Below are positions 27,444-35,489 of a DNA stretch of 64,000 bases, piece by piece. Source of the stretch: Elusimicrobia bacterium RIFOXYA12_FULL_51_18 (GTDB taxonomy: Bacteria > Elusimicrobiota > Elusimicrobia > Elusimicrobiales > UBA9959); the NCBI GenBank assembly GCA_001800245.1, contig MGVA01000043.1, forward strand, positions 93,098 to 157,097, written 5' to 3'. The notes beneath the pieces were generated by a model that was not told the DNA's origin, did not search any database, and saw only the letters and a program-made list of their open reading frames with translations. Position 1 is the first letter of the stretch. Each line of letters begins with the position of its first letter. The position numbers and the translations under genes are program-made.

Positions 27444-28180
27444 AAGCTATGATCCTGGCCGCCGGCCTCGGCAAACGGCTGCGGCCCCTGACCGACGCTA
27501 CGCCAAAAGCGCTGGCGGATATAGGCGGCGTGACCTTGCTTGAAGTCATCCTGCAGCGGCTTGCAAAAGCCGGCGTCACGGAAGCCATAATAAACACCCA
27601 TCATCTGGCCGAAAAATTAACCGATTTCCTGGAGAACAAACAGCGCTTAGGGCTGAAAGTCGAAATTTCCCGAGAAACGTTTTTCCCGTTGGAAACCGGC
27701 GGCGGCTTAAAAAAGGCCGCCTGGTTCTTCGGCGATGGGAAACCGTTCTTCCTGCATAATTGCGATATTTTCACCGAGCTGGACCTTTCGGCGCTGTACC
27801 AAGCCCATCTGAACGGCTGCGCCCTGGCCACTTTGGCGGTAAAGGAGCGTCCTTCAAAAAGGCAGTTGCTGTTCGCCCCGGAACTTGATCTTAAAGGCCG
27901 GTTCCTGGCGGATGGGAATATGACGGAGTGGTGCGGCGAACCAGTAAAGGACCCGCTGAAACTCGCGTTCAGCGGAGTGCAGGTCGTTTCCCCGGAAATT
28001 TTCCCGCTCATGACGGAGACCGGCGTGTTCTCTATAATGGATGTTTATCTGCGGTTGGCCGGGGCCGGTTCTAAAATAAAAGGTTTCCGCATGGACGAAT
28101 CCTACTGGCAGGACATAGGTAGCCTTGCGAAGCTGGAAGTCCTGCGCAAGTATGTCGCGGAAAAAGGAATAAGGATTTAG
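27440..28180 (+). CDS. sugar-1-phosphate nucleotidyltransferase (MurU-like)
   Basis: 'MKAMILAAGLGKRLRPLTD'; ATGA overlap with the upstream kinase fusion. Confidence 0.7.
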   Translation: MKAMILAAGLGKRLRPLTDATPKALADIGGVTLLEVILQRLAKAGVTEAIINTHHLAEKLTDFLENKQRLGLKVEISRETFFPLETGGGLKKAAWFFGDGKPFFLHNCDIFTELDLSALYQAHLNGCALATLAVKERPSKRQLLFAPELDLKGRFLADGNMTEWCGEPVKDPLKLAFSGVQVVSPEIFPLMTETGVFSIMDVYLRLAGAGSKIKGFRMDESYWQDIGSLAKLEVLRKYVAEKGIRI

Positions 28181-28288
28181 TTTGAGTGGAGGACCCCTAC
28201 CCGGTTGCGCTTTTGGGTATCTTTTGTGACAAAAGGGTCAGGTCATGAAATTTATTAAAATACAATGGGATGGTTTTTGAGAGGTAAT

Positions 28289-28672
28289 ATGGTTAAACAA
28301 TTGTTTATTTTGATCTTGATCGGGATTTCGATATGCCTTTCAGGCGGCACTTATGGTTTAGGGCCTTTCCTGCACGCTGAAGCAGTGTTGCTGGTGTTCG
28401 GCGGAACTTTTCTGCTTACGTGGGCGGCTTATCCGCTCAAAGAGATTCTACATCCATCCGGCCCTGCCCCGCTCGTATATGCCGGCGGATCTGCTATAGG
28501 CCTGGGGGTACTGGTCACACTGCTGGATTTGATGGTTGAGTTTTGGGTCGGCCCTGGAACCGCAGAACTTACGCGTCGTTTCGCGGCAGCGCTGGCCGGT
28601 CTGTTCTACGGGTTCCTGCTCTCAAAAGTCATCATAGCTCCTATTGCCGCGCGCCTTGCCGTAAGGGAGTAG
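28289..28672 (+). CDS. small membrane protein with MotA/ExbB-like C-terminal helices
   Basis: 'LAGLFYGFLLSKVIIAPIAARL' resembles the last TM pair of MotA/TolQ/ExbB channels; no MotB/ExbD partner nearby. Confidence 0.4.
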   Translation: MVKQLFILILIGISICLSGGTYGLGPFLHAEAVLLVFGGTFLLTWAAYPLKEILHPSGPAPLVYAGGSAIGLGVLVTLLDLMVEFWVGPGTAELTRRFAAALAGLFYGFLLSKVIIAPIAARLAVRE

Positions 28673-28818
28673 GGGGAGGAGAAAAGGTAACAGGAACCTT
28701 TTGTGCCCAGTAGCGGAGAGCAAGCTCCACCGTCATTCTATAGTGGAGGAGGTACACGGGGCTGGGGCGGAGGGCAAATCCCGGACAGGCCATGGCGGGG
28801 CTTCTCGCGGCGCTACCC

Positions 28819-28843
28819 CCAAAGCCAACCAGTTGCCGTTACA
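28819..28843 (+). repeat. copy of module 'CCAAAGCCAACCAGYYGCC-GTTAC'
   Basis: 17/19 identical to 35490-35508 and to the reverse complement of 33618-33636. Confidence 0.7.
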
Positions 28844-28992
28844 TAATAACTCTAAATCTGTATTTCTTTTTCTGCCATCTTTCTTTCTTCCGAATAATCC
28901 ATATTGCCGATGCTTCCCGCCAGGGAGGTCGAAAGCTGGGTTGCAAAACGGGGGTTGGCACTTTTAGGGGGGGATTTTGTAAACTTACGCTA

Positions 28993-30399
28993 ATGACTCA
29001 GCCTCGCAAAACACTCAATAAACTGCTGAAACCTTCACAGGCTATTCATGCGCTTCATCCGGAGGTTCCGAAGAACGAGGTTATCCACGCGTTGCGTGAG
29101 CGCGTCAAGGAATTGACGGCGCTTCACTCCACGGTATGCGTGCTGCAGGATGACAATCTTTCGACAAAAGAGGTGCTTGACCGCATAGTCAAGCTTATCC
29201 CGCCGGCATGGCAGTACCCGGAAATTACCTCGGGGCGCATAATCGTCGGAGACTGTGAAGGCCGGAACCGCGGCTTCAGGCGCACGCGCTGGCTGCAGGC
29301 TTGCGATTTCCGGATAAGTCCGTCCCTCTCCGGCCGTATCGAGGTTTACTACCTTAAAAAAATGCCGAAAGAGGCGGAGGGCCCGTTCCTCGCAGAGGAA
29401 CGCAATCTTATTAATTCCCTGGCCGATATGCTTCGGGTTTATTTTGAGCGCAAGTCGGCTTCGAAGGAATTGCTGGACGCGCACAACGACCTGGAACGGC
29501 GTGTGAAAGACCGCACGGCCGAACTGGAGAAGCTTAACTCCGCCCTGAAAGCCGAGATCAGAGAACGTGAGCTGCGCCAGAAGGAAATACTCTCTTATCA
29601 GGAAAAACTGCGGGGCCTCTCGGCGGAGCTCATTCTGACGGAGGAGCGCGAACGCAGGGAGATAGCCACGGACCTGCACGATATAATAGGCCAGACGCTG
29701 GCCATGGCTAAAATGAAGGCCGGCGCCCTTCGCGGCTACTGCTCCGTCCCTGAAGCGTCTTCCGAACTGAAGAATCTTTCGGGTTTTATAGACGAAGCGA
29801 TACTCGCGAGCCGTAACCTGACTTTCCAGCTGGCTTCTCCCATACTTTACGAGTTGGGCCTTGAGAGCGCGCTTGAACGCCTGGCTGCGGATACGCGCAA
29901 ACGTCAGGGTCTTGCGGTGGATTTTCACGGCGACGGCAGACGCACTTCTTTGCCTACTGAGACCAGTGTTCTGATCTTCAAGGCGGTGCGCGAACTTCTG
30001 ATGAATGCCGTGAAACACTCGAAGGCCTCGGAAGTAAAGGTGAGGATGCGCAGCGGCGGTGGCAAGATAGCTGTAACTGTGCGTGATAACGGCTGCGGTT
30101 TTAACGCCGCGGCGGCTTCGGTCTATGACGGCGATAAGGGGGGCTTCGGGCTTTTCTCCATCAGGGAAAAAGTTTCCCGCCTGGGCGGGGCCTTCCGGCT
30201 GAGTTCGCGCCGGGGTTCGGGCACGCTGGCGGTAATAACGGCGCCTCTGGAGCCTGTCCGACATAAGGCGTTCATGGCGAAACTGCCGATTTTGAAGCCG
30301 AGCCGACGCGACGCGAAACTAGCATCCTCGACTAGAGGATGTAAGTTGAGCGGCGCTAAGGCGCAGGCAAAAAGCGGCAGTTGCAGACGAAATCGCTAA
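28993..30399 (+). CDS. cytoplasmic sensor histidine kinase (HisKA_3 / NarL-partner type)
   Basis: Start at 'MTQPRK'; coiled coil; H-box 'DLHDIIGQTLA'; 'LLMNAVKHS', 'DNGCGF', 'GGFGLFS'. The last 40 or so codons are encoded by a dispersed repeat. Confidence 0.8.
   Translation: MTQPRKTLNKLLKPSQAIHALHPEVPKNEVIHALRERVKELTALHSTVCVLQDDNLSTKEVLDRIVKLIPPAWQYPEITSGRIIVGDCEGRNRGFRRTRWLQACDFRISPSLSGRIEVYYLKKMPKEAEGPFLAEERNLINSLADMLRVYFERKSASKELLDAHNDLERRVKDRTAELEKLNSALKAEIRERELRQKEILSYQEKLRGLSAELILTEERERREIATDLHDIIGQTLAMAKMKAGALRGYCSVPEASSELKNLSGFIDEAILASRNLTFQLASPILYELGLESALERLAADTRKRQGLAVDFHGDGRRTSLPTETSVLIFKAVRELLMNAVKHSKASEVKVRMRSGGGKIAVTVRDNGCGFNAAAASVYDGDKGGFGLFSIREKVSRLGGAFRLSSRRGSGTLAVITAPLEPVRHKAFMAKLPILKPSRRDAKLASSTRGCKLSGAKAQAKSGSCRRNR
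30290..30368 (+). repeat. dispersed repeat copy (modules M1-hairpin-M2) at the HK/RR junction
   Basis: 28-nt block 26/28 identical to the reverse complement of 33870-33897; central hairpin CATCCTC/GAGGATG (30323-30341). Confidence 0.7.
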
Positions 30400-30432
30400 T
30401 GTCGGACATGCTCCCAAGCAAGGATAAACGAA

Positions 30433-31080
30433 ATGGAAAAAAAGATACTGATCTGCGACGATCATAAGATATTCCGTGAAGGCCTGCGCGCCCTGCTTGA
30501 AAAACAGCCCGGCATTAAAGTGATCGGCGAGGCCAGGGACGGCATAGAGTCGGTGCGTCTGGCCAAAGAACTTTCTCCGGACATCGTCATAATGGATATT
30601 TCAATGCCCGGCCTGAACGGCATAGAGGCTTCCCGCAAACTCGCCAAAACGCGGAAAGCGGCGCGTATAATCGCTCTCTCAATGCACAACGACCGTAAGT
30701 ACGTGACGGAGATTTTCAAGGCCGGCGCGCGCGCCTACCTGTTAAAAGATTCGGCTTTTGAAGAGCTTTTGGACGCTATCAAGGCGGTGAATTGCGGCCG
30801 GTTCTTTCTGAGCGCCGGCATCACAAGCCTGGTGCTGAGCGATTATATAAAGGGGCCCGCCGGAGACCCCCGCAGTCCGTTCACTATACTTTCCGCGCGC
30901 GAAAGGGAAGTGCTGCAACTCCTGGCCGAGGGGCTGCGTACCAAGGAGATATCTCACAAATTGGACTTAAGCGTCAAGACGGTGGAAACCCACCGCAAAA
31001 AAATAATGGAAAAAATAGGGATTACTAGCATTGCCGGCCTCACCCGTTACGCGGTAAAGGAGGGTCTGGTAAGTCTGTAA
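30433..31080 (+). CDS. NarL/LuxR-family response regulator
   Basis: Receiver domain 'ILICDDH...DIVIMDISMPGLNG'; LuxR HTH 'LSAREREVLQLLAEGLRTKEISHKLDLSVKTVETHR'. Confidence 0.9.
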   Translation: MEKKILICDDHKIFREGLRALLEKQPGIKVIGEARDGIESVRLAKELSPDIVIMDISMPGLNGIEASRKLAKTRKAARIIALSMHNDRKYVTEIFKAGARAYLLKDSAFEELLDAIKAVNCGRFFLSAGITSLVLSDYIKGPAGDPRSPFTILSAREREVLQLLAEGLRTKEISHKLDLSVKTVETHRKKIMEKIGITSIAGLTRYAVKEGLVSL

Positions 31081-31160
31081 GCATAGCGTCTTTGTCCTTA
31101 TTTCTCAGGGTTCTTTGTTTTGGCCCTGTAGTCGTTCGTAAGGTTTTTCCACCATGCCGC

Positions 31161-31204
31161 TCAGGGAATCCCTGATACCCGCCATCCTCCGCAATCCCTA
31201 TAAT
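31161..31204 (+). promoter_or_regulatory. 15-bp perfect palindrome plus TATAAT box upstream of amt
   Basis: TCAGGGAATCCCTGA at 31161-31175; TATAAT at 31199-31204; no good -35, suggesting activator dependence. Confidence 0.3.
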
Positions 31205-31256
31205 TGATTAAGCGCAAAGTTGCAGCGTCAATAATCAATACGGAGGGAAATCATAT

Positions 31257-32468
31257 ATGTTCGATACCGGAAATACGGGTTTCATGCTCGTTTCGACCAG
31301 CCTCGTTATGCTCATGACCCCGGGACTTGCTTTTTTCTACGGCGGGCTTGTGGGCCGCAAGAACGTGCTGGCGATAATGATACAGAGCTTCGTTTCCATG
31401 GGCGTCACCACGGTGCTTTGGTACGCTTTCGGCTACTCACTGTGCTTCAGCGGCGGGGAGGGTGCTGTGATAGGCAACCTGGACATGGCTTTTATGCACG
31501 GCATCACGCCTACAACGGCCTTCGCCGGCTCCACCAGCATCCCGTTGCTGGTGTTCTTCGGCTACCAGATGATGTTCGCCCAAATCACCCCGGCGCTCAT
31601 CACCGGCGCGTTTACCAACCGAATTAACTTTAAGGCCTACCTGATCTTTCTGGTAGCCTGGCTGATCTTCGTTTACTTCCCCCTCTGCCACATGGTCTGG
31701 GGCGGCGGCCTTATGGCCGCGCACGGCGTGCTTGACTTCGCCGGTGGCATAGTGGTACACGCGACGGCGGGCTTCGCAGCCCTGGCCTCGGTGTTCTTCG
31801 TAGGTAAACGCAAGGTGAAAGACCAGGGCGCGCACAGCATACCGCTGGTGGCGCTTGGCACCGGCCTGCTCTGGTTCGGGTGGTACGGCTTCAATGCCGG
31901 CAGTGAATTGAAGGTGGATTCGGTGACTGCGCTCGCGTTCATCAACACCGACGTGGCGGCTTCCTTCGCCGCCATCACCTGGCTGGCCATCGCCTGGGTG
32001 CTTGAGAAGAAGCCCAAGTTCGTCGGCTTGCTGACCGGCTCCATCGCCGGTCTCGCCACCATTACCCCGGCGGCCGGCTACGTTACCACCAAGTCCGCGG
32101 TGTTCATCGGCATTCTCTCCAGCGTGGTTTGCTATATGGCGGTAAACATGAAGAACAAGATGGGCTGGGATGACGCTCTTGATGTATGGGGCGTGCACGG
32201 AGTGGGTGGAGTCCTGGGCGTGGTAATGCTCGGCGTCCTCGGCACTACAGCGGTCAACGCCGCCGGCGCCAACGGCCTGTACCATGGCGACGCCGCGTTC
32301 TTCGGCAAGCAGGTGGCGGCGGTGTTCTGCACCGCGCTTTACGCATTCCTGTTCTCTTACGCCGCTCTCTACGTCATCAATATCTTTACTCCGGTAAAGA
32401 CCGCGGAGAAGGAAGAAGAGACCGGTCTCGACGAGGCGCAGCATGGGGAAACCGCCTACCTTGCATGA
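31257..32468 (+). CDS. amt: ammonium transporter
   Basis: 'AFFYGGLV', 'DFAGGIVVHATAG', 'GWYGFNAGS', 'WGVHGVGG'. Confidence 0.9.
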   Translation: MFDTGNTGFMLVSTSLVMLMTPGLAFFYGGLVGRKNVLAIMIQSFVSMGVTTVLWYAFGYSLCFSGGEGAVIGNLDMAFMHGITPTTAFAGSTSIPLLVFFGYQMMFAQITPALITGAFTNRINFKAYLIFLVAWLIFVYFPLCHMVWGGGLMAAHGVLDFAGGIVVHATAGFAALASVFFVGKRKVKDQGAHSIPLVALGTGLLWFGWYGFNAGSELKVDSVTALAFINTDVAASFAAITWLAIAWVLEKKPKFVGLLTGSIAGLATITPAAGYVTTKSAVFIGILSSVVCYMAVNMKNKMGWDDALDVWGVHGVGGVLGVVMLGVLGTTAVNAAGANGLYHGDAAFFGKQVAAVFCTALYAFLFSYAALYVINIFTPVKTAEKEEETGLDEAQHGETAYLA

Positions 32469-32541
32469 CTAGGAGAGTCTCTAAAAGCCCGCCCGTGGGC
32501 AACTGGCGGGCTTTTGTCGGCTATTATTGAGGAGAAATATA

Positions 32542-33282
32542 ATGAAAAAATTACATATGCTGGCGTTAGTTCTTATATTCCTGGCCCCGCTGACGGCGAA
32601 TGCCACTCCTTCCACGCAGATCTGGATACCATCTACCGACATACAAAAGTATAAAACTCCGCACCTGAATGTTGATAATTACGCGGCGGTCAAAAAAGAA
32701 CCGGGTGGCCTGTGGAAAGCTCCTGTTTTTATGGCGGGACCCACCATTGGAGTGCTGCCTTACGAAAAAGTTCAGGCGGAGGCCGGGTTTGATGTGATGA
32801 GGGCGGGTTTAGCTTCGGACAGCTATCCGTTCTATTTACATGCCAAGGTCGGCACTCCGGAAAGGACTATGTTTGCCGGCTCTCCGGCGCTGGCTGTCGG
32901 CGGCTATAATTTCGGCATGAAACAAGGGGTTACCAACCAGAATATTGTTTATGGCTTGGCGGCGAAGAATCTGGCTAAGATCGGAAGGCTGTCCGCGGGT
33001 TATTACTCCGGTAACGACAATGTGCTTCTGGATGATAACGGCGACAAAGCCAACACCGGCGTGCTGCTTTCCTGGGACAGGAGCATTAGTGAAGTTTCCG
33101 ATAAGCTTTGGGCGGCGCTTGATTATCAGGGAGGGGATTCAGCTATGGGCGCCCTCAGTTTCGGCGTTTCCTGGGCATTTGCTTCCAACACGAGCGTGGT
33201 ACTCGGCTACGACGTGTATAATAACCACAAAATGTCCGGAGCCGATACTTTCACGGTTCAGTTCGATATCAATCTCTGGTAA
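32542..33282 (+). CDS. porin-like outer-membrane beta-barrel protein
   Basis: Signal peptide 'MKKLHMLALVLIFLAPLTANA'; beta-strand periodicity; C-terminal 'QFDINLW'. Confidence 0.5.
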   Translation: MKKLHMLALVLIFLAPLTANATPSTQIWIPSTDIQKYKTPHLNVDNYAAVKKEPGGLWKAPVFMAGPTIGVLPYEKVQAEAGFDVMRAGLASDSYPFYLHAKVGTPERTMFAGSPALAVGGYNFGMKQGVTNQNIVYGLAAKNLAKIGRLSAGYYSGNDNVLLDDNGDKANTGVLLSWDRSISEVSDKLWAALDYQGGDSAMGALSFGVSWAFASNTSVVLGYDVYNNHKMSGADTFTVQFDINLW

Positions 33283-33352
33283 GAAAAATATTGCCAGCGG
33301 AATGTTTGAATGAAGAATGCGGTTAAAAGTTGACGACACAAAGGAGAATGCG

Positions 33353-33538
33353 ATGAATACCAATAACACAAACAACAACCGGAATAAGAACAAGCAACAG
33401 AATCGGAACAATCAGCAGCCCCAGAACCAACAGCAGAATCAAAACCAGCGGCAGAATCCTAACCAGCAACAGGATCAGGCCCGGCAGCAAAATCAGCCGC
33501 AGCCCCAGCAGCCGAAGAAAAAGTCCTGCTGTTGCTAA
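33353..33538 (+). CDS. Gln/Asn-rich micro-protein ending in SCCC
   Basis: AAAGGAG RBS 6 nt before the ATG; 61 codons dominated by N/Q/R/K; terminator immediately downstream. Confidence 0.45.
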   Translation: MNTNNTNNNRNKNKQQNRNNQQPQNQQQNQNQRQNPNQQQDQARQQNQPQPQQPKKKSCCC

Positions 33539-33560
33539 GCTGCCAAGTTGTTTTAAATTC

Positions 33561-33592
33561 AAAAGGCCCCGCCTATAAAGCGGGGCCTTTTT
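33561..33592. terminator. bidirectional intrinsic terminator
   Basis: GGCCCCGC (33565-33572) / GCGGGGCC (33580-33587), A-run before and T-run after. Confidence 0.7.
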
Positions 33593-33599
33593 CACTTCC

Positions 33600-33930
33600 A
33601 AGTAAACAAAATATAGTGGCGGCTGGTTGGCTTTGGCGCGAGAGCCGCATGATCGCGCAGTCGGGCCGCCGGCGGGTTTTCTGCGCGCTTCGGGACCGGG
33701 TTTATGGGAATGAAAACCGGAGTCTCCCGCCGGCTTCGCAACTCGGGCAAAAGACAAGCCTATGGCAGTGCCGTATCAGGGACTGTGTCTATCAGACGGC
33801 CACCGCACTGCGGTTTCCCCTGCTGCGCCATCGCGCTGCTCAACTTACAGGTTCATTGGAGCCTGTTCGTTTCGCATCGCTTCGGCTCGGCTTCAAAAAA
33901 TAAATTCAGTTTTGGGGTATGTTGACAACC
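33600..33930 (-). ncRNA. longest copy of the modular intergenic repeat family; candidate structured RNA
   Basis: No credible ORF; contains all repeat modules in one array, nested helices (33668-33676 pairs with 33726-33734), and runs into the 33561-33592 terminator on the minus strand. Confidence 0.35.
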
Positions 33931-34394
33931 AGAACAATGGAGGCAAAACTGAAGGTTTTAAAGCAAAACACCAACCCGAAGTGAGTTGGTGAATTGCCTG
34001 TAAATTGGCGCGGTCAATGGGGGCCCCAACATAACTTTTTTGTGTTCGGCCTTCATTGGGGAAACCAGTTTTATCCCATCCTTTTCTCTTACTTTGGATC
34101 TATTTCAAATAATTGGATTTGAGCAAGGGCGAAAGGTTCCTGTCAGCCGTACCTGAAGCCGTATAAACCCATAAATTTAGAATCCGTTTAACTTAAGGGG
34201 CAAGGGGATTCGGACTGCGCGCAAAATTTATAAAACAGCCACTCTTTTTGTATCATACCGGTAAGGGGATATTTCTGCTACTTTCCGCGAAAAAATTGGG
34301 ATAAAGAAACGACTGCGCTGAAACTCCACAAAAAATATCAAAACGTACATCCAGTTGTTCTGGTAAGCTGTTGGTGAGGATTCAGGATAAGAAT

Positions 34395-35279
34395 ATGGAT
34401 TATCTAGAGCGTATTCAAAGATCGTTGGATTGGATGGAGGCCAATCTCCATGAAGATATCGGTTCGCACGAAGGAGCCCGGGAGGCATTCATGTCCCCTT
34501 GGCATTTCCACTGGGTGTTTAAGGCCATGGTGGGGGAAACTCCTGGCGATTATCTTCGCAAGCGACGATTAACAAACGCCGCGCAGGAACTCGCACACGG
34601 TGATAAAAGGATAATTGAGATAGCTATGGATCACCAGTTCGAATCCCAGGAATCCTTCAGCCGGGCTTTCAAAAAGCATGTTGGAGCGACACCTGGTCAA
34701 TACCGTATAAGCAGGCCGCTCCTTACGGTATTGTCCAAACGAATGCGTCTGACCGAACGGGAGCTCAGACACCGTACAGGAGGAATGACAATGAAACCAA
34801 AAATAGTTTCAAAAGAAGAATTCAATGTGGTCGGCATGGTGATAAAAACCACTGTAAAGGAGAATGCTGAAGGCAAGACTATCCCGAGATTGTGGGCCAG
34901 GTTCAATCCACGCGTGAAAGAGATATCTAATGTGTCCGAACGCATTTCTTACGGTATATGTCTCAACGAAAAAGGTTTTGACCCCAAAACCTTTGATGAT
35001 GTTGCGAAGTTCAATTATATGGCCGCCGTACCGGTGAAGAAACTTGCCGGGATTCCTAAAGGCATGGCACTGCGTACGATCCCGGCTCAGAAATATGCCG
35101 TATTTACCCACAAAGGTTCGCTTGATAACTTGCGGTTTACGCTGGAGTATATTTACGGAACCTGGGTAGCGAAGTGCGGATATGAACTGGCGCAGGGACC
35201 CGATTTAGAGTTGTACGACCATAGATTTAAATTCGGACAGCAGGATAGTGAGTTGGATATTTATGTCCCGGTAAAATAA
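34395..35279 (+). CDS. AraC-family transcriptional regulator with GyrI-like effector-binding domain
   Basis: AraC HTH 'FMSPWHFHWVFKAMVGETPGDYLRKRRL...SQESFSRAFKKHVGATPGQYR'; C-terminal GyrI-like half; ATG at 34395 preceded by AGGA. Confidence 0.85.
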   Translation: MDYLERIQRSLDWMEANLHEDIGSHEGAREAFMSPWHFHWVFKAMVGETPGDYLRKRRLTNAAQELAHGDKRIIEIAMDHQFESQESFSRAFKKHVGATPGQYRISRPLLTVLSKRMRLTERELRHRTGGMTMKPKIVSKEEFNVVGMVIKTTVKENAEGKTIPRLWARFNPRVKEISNVSERISYGICLNEKGFDPKTFDDVAKFNYMAAVPVKKLAGIPKGMALRTIPAQKYAVFTHKGSLDNLRFTLEYIYGTWVAKCGYELAQGPDLELYDHRFKFGQQDSELDIYVPVK

Positions 35280-35489
35280 CCCCGGCCCCGGAAGAGATCA
35301 CCCGGCGGACCCCGCGAGCCTCACAAGTAAAACGTCAGACTTCTATCGAAAGATAGATGTGTCTTAAATATGGGCGGGATTGTTGTTAACAATTTAAGGA
35401 AGTGGCGAGTAACGGGCTAAAGGACCATCAAGTGCGTAAGTTTTACGCGGGGTGACAGGCCCTCGCTTTGCTATCCTGCGATGCTCAAG

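Noticed and set aside
28703-28730. Group II intron 5' end ('GTGCCCAGTAGCGG' resembles 'GUGCGCCCAGAUAGGGUG'; also 'GTGCG' at 35441 and 18245; 'GAGCCGAAGCGATGCGAAAC' resembles domain V)
   Set aside because: No domain V hairpin with an AGC triad and GNRA loop can be drawn. No RT/maturase ORF is present, and the distances between the putative ends are far too short.
33532-33992. Three overlapping plus-strand ORFs (123, 73 and 76 aa) and one minus-strand ORF (144 aa) across the long repeat element
   Set aside because: They have mutually exclusive frames, no RBS, and Arg/Ser/Cys-rich translations. The sequence conservation with other copies is at the nucleotide level and independent of frame.
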